From the NCBI RefSeq assembly GCF_006345805.1, contig NC_043010.1, forward strand, positions 25,606,001-25,670,000: 64,000 nt of DNA. Reading direction: 5' to 3'. Positions 14,224 through 25,800 of this stretch are shown here, in pieces. The position numbers and the translations under genes are program-made. The stretch's first letter is position 1, and every line of letters begins with the position of its first letter. This DNA comes from Octopus sinensis (lineage: Eukaryota). The notes under the pieces are model-generated. The model was not told the origin of the DNA. It did not search any database and saw only the letters and a program-made list of their open reading frames with translations.

Positions 14224-14228
<5 letters not shown>
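14002..14228. repeat. Near-perfect inverted repeat (100-bp arms, 27-nt spacer)
   Basis: 14002-14101 is the reverse complement of 14129-14228 with 4 transition mismatches. The outer part of the arms resembles the tatagggtgtccactt... element seen at 50661-50795. Confidence 0.9.
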
Positions 14229-14299
<71 letters not shown>

Positions 14300-15426
14300 G
14301 AGTGATATATATTCACACACACAAACACACATACATGTATGTATATATTAATGTGTGTGTGTCTTTGTGTCTGTATTTTTCCTCCACCACCATTTGACAA
14401 AGAGTGTTGGTGTGTTTACATTCCTGTATATATCATCATTATTATCATCATCATTTAATGTCGGCTTTACATGCTGGCATGGGTTGGACAGTTTTATTAG
14501 GAGCTGGCTAGGCAGAAGTCTGCACCATGCTGCGCTGTCTGTTTTGGCATGGTTTTTACAGCTGGACGCACATTCCTAACACCAACCAGGCAATAGGTGA
14601 GAGCTCGATGTGCTCATGTGAAAGTGAACTTAGACTCTAGATTCTTCATCCAGAAGAAGATCCATGGCATCAAGAGTTGCTATAAGAGAAATCCAAGAAG
14701 AGCTGATATGGAGGTAGTGATGCAGATAAACACAATTAGGCTTGACACATACATACATGCATACATACATGCATGCATACATACGTACATACATACATAT
14801 ATACATATATGTATATATATCAGTTAAATCTAAGGATAAAATATATACATATATATATGCAAATATGTTTACACATAGTATAAAGATACAGAATACTAAG
14901 AAGTGAATACATACTTTTTTTAACTGGACAGCTGTTTCATGAAGCTCAGAGTTACATAATAATTGTAATGTTCATATTTTGCATATACGTTTAATGTTGG
15001 CTATGACTAGAAAGGTTACTCAAAACCATAAAGTTGAACCAGTCTTTTGCTATTCTGGAGTTTTATCTATATGGTTCACAGAATCATCAGACAAGTTATG
15101 GTTCTCCTGGAATCATCAAGTACAATTATAACTCACTATATGACCTTCTTGGCACACAAATGAAACTGTAGACTAACAGATGATTGACTCAACCAAAATA
15201 AATACGTGTGTGTGTGTGTATGTATTTGTGTGTGTGTTTGTGTGTGTGCATGTGTGTGTGTTTGTGTATAGCCACCGATGCTTTTAATGCTTGCAGATTA
15301 AGTTCTCATAACACTTTAGAATATAAACTTACCATAATTATTATTTTGTTTTCAATAGATTGTGATATTTCTTTTTTGTAGTTGTTTTTTCTTTTAATTG
15401 CAATTGTTGATAAATTAAAATAACAG

Positions 15427-15532
15427 TTGTAATCACGCAGGCAAGAAACGCTCATGTTTACCTGTGAAAGTACATACTTGTGAATTTCTATTTATAAACC
15501 CACCTCTGCCTGCCACCGATGCAGTGCAATGA
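15427..15532 (+). CDS. Candidate terminal coding exon (phase 2 to stop)
   Basis: aataacag|T TGT AAT CAC...CAA TGA gives (N)CNHAGKKRSCLPVKVHTCEFLFINPPLPATDAVQ*. A competing minus-strand reading (15635-15462) also has AG/GT boundaries. Confidence 0.25.
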
Positions 15533-16510
15533 ATTCTCCATGTTTGTAATTTAATTTGCTTCTTCTGCAATGCATTTCGGCTATCTTCCACCGCCAACCT
15601 TACTAATGGAAACCCTCTAATGTTGCATTCACCTGCTGAAAGCTTTATCATAAACAGCTCAACCCACAGGCGTTTAGATTAAAGATAGATAGATGGAGGG
15701 ATAGATAGATAGGTAGATGTTAGTCTACTGCTGTGGAAATTTTCTCTTTCAATTTTCTATAATTCCTATCATTAAATTCTCTCTATATCGTTTTCTAGAT
15801 ATCTGCATTAGAAAAAAAAAGAGAAATTATCATTTTAAAAATGTAAATTTTATTTGTTGAACTTCTTCCTCTTCCCTCTTCCCTCCCTCTCTCTTGCTCT
15901 CTCTTTTCCTCCCTCTCCTCTCTCTTTCTCTCAAATATTTATTACATTATCTCATTGTTTTCATAGTTACCTGGATAATGTCATCTTTTTATTTTCCTTT
16001 CCTTCTTATTTTTTAATCAAGTAAATGACAACTTGTGAATGCTTAGAAAATGGCAAAGAAATGTAAAATGATAGCAAAATAATTTCAAATGTACTAGTTA
16101 CAACATTTGTAACATATTTAACTTAAAAAAAAAAAAAACAACAACCATACACACATTTATTCATGGTTTTTTTATTTTTTTATTTATTGAACTCTAAAGA
16201 CTGCATGCTCTCTTCTGCTCTTTTATTGCACTCTGTTCTGTCTCTACAATGGGAATGTTTGAACTTACAAAAGAAATTTTAAGTGGTTTCTTAATATTCT
16301 TTATTGGTAGGCCATGTCTGTGTGAAAGTAATTTAATATTGTAAACGTATGGTTCAGAAGTTTACTTCCCAATCACATGGTTTCAAGTTCAATCCCACCA
16401 TGTGACACCTTGAGCAAGTGTCTTCTACTATAGCACTGGGCTAGCCAAAGCTGTGAGAGAGAGGTTTATTTGGTAAACAGAAACTAAAAGAAGCCTGTTG
16501 TGTATAAATG

Positions 16511-16557
<47 letters not shown>

Positions 16558-16561
<4 letters not shown>

Positions 16562-17830
16562 TCATCATCATCATCGTTTAACGTCCGCTTTCCGCGCTAG
16601 CACGGGTTGGACGGTTCGACCGGGTCTGGGAAGCCAGGGGCCGCTCCAGGCTCCAGTCTGAATCTGGCAGAGTTTCTACGGCTGGATGCCCTTCCTAACG
16701 CCAACCACTCCGTGAGTGGATTGGGTGCTTTTTACGTGCCACCTGCACAGGGGCCGGAGGGTCCGGCATCGTCACGATCGGTTCGAGCATTTTAACGTGT
16801 CAGCGGCACGGGGGCAACGAGGTCCGGGGTACTTTGGGGATCGGGGTACTTTGGGGATCCAGGGTACTTTGGGGATCCGGGGTACTTAGAATGGGTAGGG
16901 GGTATGTGGAATTGCTGCAGAAAGCAGCCCGGGTCTTTGTAGTCACAGCATATCTCCAGAGATCTCGGTCCTTCGCCATTGCCTCAGTGAGGCCCAATGC
17001 TCTGAGGTCATGCTTGACCACCTCATCCCATGTCTTCCTGGGTCTACCTCTCCCCCTGATACCTTCAACTGTTTGGGAGTGGCACTTCTTCACACATCTC
17101 TCTTCATCCATCCGCAGCACATGACCATACCATCGCAAGCGTCGCTCTTGCACACCACATCTGATGCTTCTTATATCCAGCATTTCTCTCAGGATACTTA
17201 CACTCTGTTTTGCGTGCACACTGACACTACACATCCAGCGGATCATGCTAGCTTCATTTCTTTCAAGTCTACGCATGTCTTCTGCAGTCACAGCCCATGT
17301 TTCATTACCGTGAAGCATGGCAGTTCGCACACATGCATCATACAATCTACCTTTTGCTCTGAGGGAGAGACCTTTTGTTGCCAGTAGGGGTAGGAGCTTT
17401 CTGAACTTTGCCCAGGCTATTCGTATTCTAGTGGTGATACTCTCTGTGCATCCACCTCCGCTACTAACTTGGTCACCCAGGTAGCGGAAACTATCAACTA
17501 CTTCTAGTTTCTCTCCCTGGAGTGTGATGGAATCTGTTTTCTGAGTGTCTGTTGTGTCTATTGTCCCTGTGCATCTGCCGCACATGAAAGCTATCTTATC
17601 TGTTAATTCCCTTTAATATTGCTGCACCTCTTATGTGTCCATAACTTACATTGGGTGCATCTTATGGAGTTTCTACCTGTACCTTTCCTACAGGTTGAGC
17701 AGGGCCACCTAACCGAGGGGATGTGTGCTGAGTACCTCTTGCTGCTTACTAATACTTTGGTCTTTGCTACATTTATTCTAAGGCCCTTTGATTCCAACCC
17801 TTGCTTCCACACCCGAAATTTCTCTTCTAG
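16558..17830 (-). mobile_element. 5'-truncated RTE-clade LINE (RT C-terminus with PHD-type insert, 3' UTR, (GAT)n tail)
   Basis: ORFs 17603-17878 and 16800-17585 read [13 protein letters not shown]...EVVDSFRYLGDQ...RIRIAWAKF...LYDACVRTAMLHGNETW...RLRWYGHVLRM...GRGRPRKTW; one frameshift near 17605; (TA)n on both sides. Confidence 0.92.
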
Positions 17831-17863
<33 letters not shown>

Positions 17864-17865
17864 TG

Positions 17866-17931
<66 letters not shown>

Positions 17932-17990
17932 GTATATATGTATATATACATATATGTATATATATATGTATGTATATATGTATATATACA

Positions 17991-18643
17991 TAATAATAAT
18001 TATAATAATAATAATGAAATTATTGTATACAGTGCTCAGGTGCACCACAACTTGTCAGAAAGTGCATATAAAGTACATGCAGTAATGTAGAAATGTCTGG
18101 AAAGTGAACATGCTTGTGTGTGTATGGAGGGGAGAAAATCAAATGTAGTGTTGGCGAATCTCAGGAAGCATGGAAGTTTTGAAGGATGCAGTGCTCCGAC
18201 AACTAACAACCGATGCCGGCAGTTTGTTCCACGCTTCAGCAACTCTCAGCGTGAAAAAAATGTTTCCTGAAGTCATGGGAGCTGTGCTGTTTTCTTACTT
18301 TGTAAATATGTCCACGGGTGTTAGATGGGTGGAGTTTGAAGAGGTGCTCAGAGTTATTGTTTGTGCGATGGTTGATAATTTTATGGGTGTCTGCCAAGTC
18401 AGCTGCCAGACGTCGGAGTTTCAATGTGTCCATGCCCAGGGAAGTAAGGCATTCAGGATATGGCAAATGCCTGATGGAGGGTATTCTTTTGGTTGCACGT
18501 CGCTGAACAGCTTCCAGACGATTGATGTCCTGGGCAAGATAGGGGTTCCAGACTGGTGATGCAAATTCCAGGTGAGGTCTTACCATAGCTATATAAAGCC
18601 GCAGATAGATAGCCGGAGAGCGGCTCACAAAGGATTTGGTGAG
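17991..18643 (-). mobile_element. CR1/L2-group LINE 3' fragment with (ATT)n tail
   Basis: ORF 18236-18628 reads LYIAMVRPHLEFASPVWNPYLAQDINRLEAVQRRATK...LKLRRLAADL...TRGHIYKVRKQ...RKHFF, a typical CR1 ORF2 C-terminus. Confidence 0.88.
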
Positions 18644-18708
18644 TATATATATGTATATATACAGCTCACCACCTTAATGATTTAATACTGACTATATATA
18701 TATATATA

Positions 18709-20320
18709 CTAGCATTATGACCCATCGTTGCCGGGTCATAGTGCTAGTGCATGTATATATGTGTATATATATGTGTACATATTACATGTACATCTATATA
18801 TATACATCTACACATAAAATACAAAATACAAAGTTATATCTTGATATCGCTAGTAATAACAATACTCAAAATATATAACATACTGGAATTGTAGGCCCGT
18901 CTCTTGCAATTTCGATCAATTGTATCTTGTCCTCCCTCTTGTATAGAAGTGTGGCTACAATCCAGCCTACATCTACTTCTGGGGGGGGAGGGCATTTTAA
19001 ATTTTTATCCAGGATGTCCTACGTCCCAGATATAAAGGTAAGAGTAAAATATTTCCACTTTGCAAGGTTCGAGTCGAGTACTCCCTTGCACGCTCCGTTG
19101 ACTCGAACCTTGCTTCTATTGTGGCAAATTTACCGCCTCTGGTTAGATATCTTTCATAGTCGCACCAAGACACTTTTCAATGGTGCTTTCCTCCAGGTGT
19201 TCAAATCTTTTTTTTTTCTCTACATTGTATACTTTATAGACAATAGTCTTTTCTTTAATTTAATTTTTTATTTTGTTTGGTGGTGTTATCCTAGATTCAC
19301 CATCTTTGTCAGTGATCAATCCGAAATAGCTTTGTATTTCTTCCATTTTAATTTTAATGAGTTCGCACCCGCTAATGGCTGCAGCGAAATTCATTTTTGG
19401 ACTTTCTTCTATCGAAGGCATTCTATCAAAAATGCTTCCGTATAAATGGTGAAAATATTGTCAATTTCCCCAAACAGGGACACAATTCAATTTTTAAACA
19501 ATAACCGAAGGTCCTTCTCCCAAAGGGGGAGGGTTACAGTTTACAATTATTTAACAAATGCAACACAATGTTTCCCTTACGAGGAACCAACAAGCATGAT
19601 AACAATAGTTAAACAGTAATAATAATAACAACAAACCTTATGGTGAATCAAAAAGCAGTATGCAGTTGAAGCTATAGTCCTTTATGTCTAAGAACTAAAC
19701 CAACAGCAGTACTCAGTAGAAGTGGCTGTTCGAGAAAACAGACATTACATACAGCCAAACTTCATATAGATATTTAATGCTAGCTAATTAGCAGATAATC
19801 TAATGTAAAAGCCGTGGTAAATGGTATGTGCACAGCTCCATCTGGACTAATTTTATTTTTAATTTATTCCCATTCATATGAAACCACTTATTCAAGTTCA
19901 AGTCATTGATGCAATTTTATACCAATTGCTATTTTTACTTTTAATTGTTATGTTACGATTTAATTATTATATTATACTTTAGTTTGATTTTAATTATTAC
20001 TTACTACATATAATTCAATTGTTATTTTTATCTCTATTTTTTATTGTTAAAGTGAAAGTATCTGACATAAAATAGAGAAATGTTTTTGTTTCTCTTTTAA
20101 CACATAATACTGAAATAGTGGAGAAGATATGATATTGCTATGGGCTCGCCCTAGGCAAGAAGTTGAACATTTTTTTGCCCATGAAACTACATGGACCCTA
20201 AGTAAGGCATGTGTAAAATTTGAATGAAATTGGTTGTGTAGTTCTCAAGTTTTAGGGAAACACACAGACAGACAGACAGACAGACACACACACACACATT
20301 CTCAGTTTTATATATATAGA
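18709..20320 (-). mobile_element. Non-autonomous Helitron carrying a LINE ORF1-like fragment
   Basis: Minus strand begins TCtatatatataaaactgagaatg (matching the 5' end at 52175) followed by a (TG)/(TCTG) microsatellite. It ends with the hairpin ctatgaccc...gggtcataatg and CTAG|T at 18709. Confidence 0.65.
18880..19445 (-). pseudogene. Tx1/L1-type ORF1 (RRM-like) fragment inside the Helitron
   Basis: Minus strand with stops and frameshifts reads ...EKTIVYKVYNVEKKKRFEHLEESTIEKCLG...RGGKFATIEARFESTERAREYSTRTLQSGNILLLPLYLGRRTSWIKI...PPEVDVGWIVATLL. The P.Y.G.RT..I.I...PPEV pattern recalls Tx1-type ORF1. Confidence 0.45.
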
Positions 20321-20358
20321 GCTATATATATATGTGTGTGTGTGTCTGTGTATATATA

Positions 20359-20392
<34 letters not shown>

Positions 20393-20586
20393 GTTTGACG
20401 TCTATTTCTAGCATACAGGCTGTCCACTATTAGAGGTCATTTCTCTAAATATTATAGAAGGTTAAAAATGGATACAGTTTGTGTATCATAGCTATCTTAA
20501 GGCGTTTGGCCTCATGGAGCAAATCAGCGGACAGCTTTTATTCTTATAATAAGAATGCCATATTAATATGGCGATAACAATTGATT

Positions 20587-20621
<35 letters not shown>

Positions 20622-20673
20622 ATACATATATATATATATATAATAATAACATATACATATATATATATATATT

Positions 20674-20718
<45 letters not shown>

Positions 20719-21887
20719 TTTATAGTCAGTATTAAATCATTAGAATTAGACAAGAGTTAGGAATTTTCGGGTGTATGATGATGGGTTTAGTCTCTGTCTG
20801 TCATGTTAGTTTGGGCCATTGAGTAATATGTCTTCCTAAAGAAGGAATTTGAGAAGATACTTATGAATTGATGACAGCAATTTTACTGGACGTGGACATA
20901 GCTGTAGCATTAGTGTTGTCACTGTTTTTGTTTGCTTGGCCCAAGGTCAATCTGATTCAGCTAACCTATGATCAAAAGCATTCCAGCTGTGGCCATTTCA
21001 TCATTTTATCTATCACGGACTTTTCTGAAGCTCTCAGTTGTGAATTGGAGGAAATTTTGGTTGCTGTTTCTAGTTGGACAAGCAATCATGTGCCATCTTC
21101 CACTTCCACCTCACCATCTTTTGACTCATGGTAGTTGTTGCTACTGTTTTACCCCAAATAAACCATGATTCAGCTTACCTAGTCAAAGACTTCCAGGAAT
21201 GACCATCCCATTATTTTGCATATCAGGGACTATATTGTACTAGATGTTTGCCTTTTTGTATATTTTTTTTTTTAAAGATGGTAGGGTATGGTTGATTTGA
21301 AGAAGATTGAGCAGCTATTTCTAGCATATCAAGCAACCACATACATACACCTTTATTGGTGTGTTCCTGTTAGATGGAGTAGTGATTGCCATGGCAGCAG
21401 CAGTGATAATAAATTACACAGATTAATGTTATGATGATGATGATGATGATTGTAGTAATGTTTATCTTAATAGCAATGATAACGACAGTGGTGGTGGCTG
21501 TGGAGAAGATAGTTGTAGTGAGAAGTTAATTTGTTAGAAGTCATTTCAAATAATTGACCAATTTTTAAAACTAATTTTCCATTTTAATCTATGAAACTGG
21601 TTAATTATGTGTTACAGAAGCAGCTGAATGACAAGATAGAAACGAAGGAAATGATTCGAAAAAGATAATTTAAACCCTGCCATTGGCATTACTGCTTCCT
21701 TCAGTTAGCCTGGCTCTGTAAAATGGTTATTATCCTCATTCTTACATCATAGAATGGTATCTACCTTTCAGAAATGTGTGCTAGGAATTCATTAAATATT
21801 TTAATTTCTAGAACTATCCTGCCTGACTATGGTTAGTGGAGAAAAGATATTCATACTTTTTAAAACTGTTACTATATAATCATCTGA

Positions 21888-22390
21888 CTGGCTCCCGTAC
21901 TGGTGGCATGTAAAAAGCACCATTTGAGCGTGGTCACTGCCAATGCCGCCTGGCTGGCCCCCGTATCGATGGCATGTAAAAAGCACCATTCAAGCATGTT
22001 CAATGCTGGTGGTACATTAAAAAGCACCATTCGAGCATAGTTGATGGCAGTGCCACCTGACTGCCCCCCCCCCTGCTGGTGACACGTAAATGCACCATTC
22101 GAACATGGTCAATGCCAGTAGCGCCTCGATTGGCCCCCATGCCGGTGGCACATAAAAAGCACCATTCAAGCCTGGTCAATGCCAGTGCCGCCTAACTGGC
22201 CCCTGTGCCGGTGGCATGTAAAAAGCACCTGCTACACTCTCAGAGTGGTTGGCGTTAGGAAGGGCATCCAGCTGTAGAAACCTTGCCAGATCAGATTGGA
22301 GCCTCGTGCAGCCTCCTGGCTTGCCAGTCTTCCATCAAACCAACCCATGCCAGCATGGAAAGTAGACGTTAAACAATGATGATGATGATA
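21888..22390 (+). mobile_element. RTE 3'-UTR-derived short element with ~6 degenerate ~66-bp tandem units and (GAT)n tail
   Basis: Repeated ggtggcaYRtaaaaagcaccatt units followed by gagtggttggcgttaggaagggcatccagctgtagaaa...gacgttaaacaatgatgatgatg, the same 3' UTR as the RTE at 16558. Confidence 0.8.
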
Positions 22391-22415
22391 GATATATATA
22401 TACACACACACACAT

Positions 22416-22872
22416 ACACATTAGTGTTTATTTTTATATTATAATTTTTTTAAAAATCATATTAAATTGAAGGATAACTCATTACATTTGGTAGAGTACA
22501 AATTTATTATTCTTGAACAAGAACCATATTGACAGTGACTTCGAAGTTTCAGTTAGCTAAGCCATTATCAGACAGCCCAATGATGGCTTTGTTGGCCAAA
22601 ACTTCAATGTCGCTGTCAGTACTATTGTCATCATTATCATCACCATCATCGTCTAACGTCTGCATTCCATGCTGGCATAGCTTGGACGATTTGACTGAGG
22701 ACTGGCGAACCAGATAGTTGCACCAGGCTCCAATCTGTAGAAACTCGAAGTCATGTCAATATGGTTCTTGTTCAAGAATAATAAATTTGTACTCTACCAA
22801 ATGTAATGAGTTATCCTTCAATTTAATATAATTTTTTAAAAAATTATAATATAAAAATAAACACTAATGTGT
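22416..22872. repeat. Inverted duplication (~134-bp arms around ~190-bp spacer)
   Basis: 22416-22550 is the reverse complement of 22740-22872, apart from two 1-nt indels near the inner ends and a few further differences. Confidence 0.9.
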
Positions 22873-25800
22873 GTGTTAAAGAATTATAAGTATCTATCTA
22901 TCTATCTAGCTAGTTGTCTATTTTCTAAAGTCTGGCTGGTGTTTATTCTATTGATCCCTTTGCCAAACTGCTAAGTTATGGGGTATGTAAAGAAACCAAC
23001 ACCAGTTGTCAAGTGGTGGTAGGGAACAAGCACAAACACACACGTGCACACACACACATGCTCATGCACACACAAACACACATGCGTGCACGCACACACA
23101 CACACACATATACAGCCAGCATCATTACCGTTCCCATCTACCAAATTCACTCACAAGCACAAGCTTATAATTGAAGACACTCGCCCAAGGTGCCATGCTG
23201 TGGAGCTGAACTCGAAACCACGTGGTAGCAAATTACACAGTCTTAATTACACAGCCATGCCTGCACCTATCTAAATAAATTTATCTGAATTAAGCATCCA
23301 GATGATGGGAGCTTAAAACTGCGAAATTACTCCCGTGTATTGCATGTTGGTGATTATATTTTTATTTTCAACATCAAAACTCTACCTTCGGAGTCTATGT
23401 AATTCTTGATAGAGAAACATCCAACTGTTTATGCGTAGATAAGTCTGTTAGAAAGAACAGACCTACTTCGTTTAAAGGACTAATCTTGAGATTTATTGAC
23501 TGTCACCGTGAAGGCCATTTGAACTGGAAGCTGCAATCACCTACGGGCAGATGACAGAGTAGTGTCAGAATGTTTTCAGTTTAATTCAAAGCACAATGAC
23601 ATGCTTCCCATTTTGTAACAATGTGGCCTTCACTTGTGCATAACATGTAAATAGATTGTTCAAATTTTCACTCAAATTATTGCAGCATCCATAGGCATTA
23701 TTTAGATTTTAAAGTTGCATTACAGCACATCCCTTTTTCAAGGTCAAAATATGGTTGAGTTAGAGCACTCCACCAAAATTAAAGCTGTTTAGGATCTCTT
23801 TTGGACATTTATACAGATTGTCTTCTTCATCATTACCGGGATCGATGCTTTTATAAGTGACTTAGTTTTTGGTTTTTTTTTCCTCCACCAAATATGTTAA
23901 TTTCCTTATTTTTACAATCAACAACAGCATTGATGGGGGTTAGTTTTGCTCAATTTGTGACATTTGCAGGATCAAATTGACTGCCAAAGACTTGATTTGT
24001 TACTTTGCAACCATCCAATACTACCTTAATGTCATTTGGAAGCTTAACCTTGCTATCAGAGTTCATTTCTTTCTTCTTACTGACAAACAGCTGAAAATCA
24101 GCCCCATCACAGTTATTCTTTTGTCATGTATCCATCATGATGCTGATGATCATCATCACCATCTTTTAACATCCATTTTCCATACTGGCATAGATTAGAC
24201 AGCTTGGTTGGACCTGGCAAGCCAGTGGGCTGTGCCAAGCTCTATTGTTAGCGTTCTCATGGTCTTTATGGCTGGATGCCCTTCCTAGTGCCAACCACTT
24301 TACAGAGTGTACTTGGTGCTTTATATGTGGCACCAGCACCATCGTATTTAATCTGATCACCCTCTTCCGAAAGGAAAAGCTAATCATTACCATCATAACA
24401 ATTCTTTCTTATTTTGGTACAAGGCCAGCAAATTTTAGAAGCAGTTTGAACCTCAACTGAACAGCCTGCCTATAAAATTAATGTGCAAGTGTCTGAGGAC
24501 TCCACAGACATGCATGCCCTTAGCATAGTTCTCAGGGAGATTCAGTGTGACACAGTGTGACAAGGCTGGCCCCCTTTGAATTACGGGCACAACTCATTTT
24601 CGCCTGCTGAGTGGACTGGAGCAATGTGAAGTAAAGCATCTTGCTCAAGGACTCAATGTGCCACCAGGATTCAAACGTTTGACCTTACAATCATGAGCCA
24701 AGTACCCTAGCCACTAAGCTGTATGTCTTGATCGTGTTTACAAATTACAATATCACATCATTTGCTACTTTTTTTCTTCTGTGTCTTATGGAAGGCCTGT
24801 TATTTCAGAAACAGAGTGAGCATTTTATTTTCTTGTAGAATATGAACCAAGGACCAAATTGAAATGTGGCAGGTTACAGTTGCTAAGTCAGGGATATGCG
24901 ATAATATAAATGGTCAAGTAATCACCATGCTCATATAAAAGTCTCTGTAGATATATCAGGGTCTGTTCGTTCAACTGTGACATGATGCACATTTGATATC
25001 CTGTTCAAACATTTGCATCATAGATGCAAATTTAAACAATGGACACTGTTTGATCAGAGGCAGGCAATAGTCAAATTGATGGGAGGTGAAACACATCCCA
25101 TTGAACTTTTGTGTTTATACACTGTTGCTGTTTGAAGCCAGGTTCCAATCATGGCTTTCCTATCTTGTGGAGATATTTAATGATGTGTTGTAACAGCATC
25201 CAAAATTAGGTTTTCATTATATTTTCCTCTTTATGCCTATAGCTTCAACACACCTTTGAAGAGTTAATTCACTAATAACATAACATAATTATCCATGAGC
25301 TGTACCGATGATGTATATGCACAGTGTAAATGCACATCTACAGATGTTGGGAAAGAAAGACAGAAAACTTTAAATCATCATCATCAGCACATCGTTTAAC
25401 ATGTTTTCCATGTTGGCATGGGTTGGAGAGTTTGACTACGGTCTGGAGATCCAGCAGCTGCACTGGGCTCCAATCTGATCTGGCAGTGTTTCTACAGCTG
25501 GATGCCCTTCCTAACACCAACCACTCCGAGAGTAGTGGATGCTTTTTACATGCCACTAGCACAGGAGCCAGTCAGTGGGTACTGGCATCGACCACATTCT
25601 GATGGTGCTTTTTACATGCCACCAGCATGGGAGCCATGCTTAGCTGCAACTAGATTTGAACTTTTGCTTTCTTCCTTATATTGGACATTAGAGAATTAAC
25701 TCTGCCCAAGAAAAAAAAAAACTATGCTACCCTTCTGCTAGATGTACATCAAAAGGAAAAGAAAATGATGTGTTAGGCAGAGGCATGGTTAGGTGGTCGA

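Noticed and set aside
20868-21190. 88-aa ORF or possible exon
   Set aside because: No consistent splice sites on either strand, and the adjoining sequence is a SINE-like repeat related to 35450-35650.
23300-23335. cAGATGATGGGAGCttaaaaCTGCGAAAT, hammerhead-like
   Set aside because: The core is mutated (CAGAUGA, GAAAU) and the stems are broken; at most a decayed PLE remnant.
24950-25150. Open frame TFDILFKH...QRQAIVKLMGGETHPIE as a possible exon
   Set aside because: It resembles a decayed mariner transposase N-terminus and lacks convincing splice sites.
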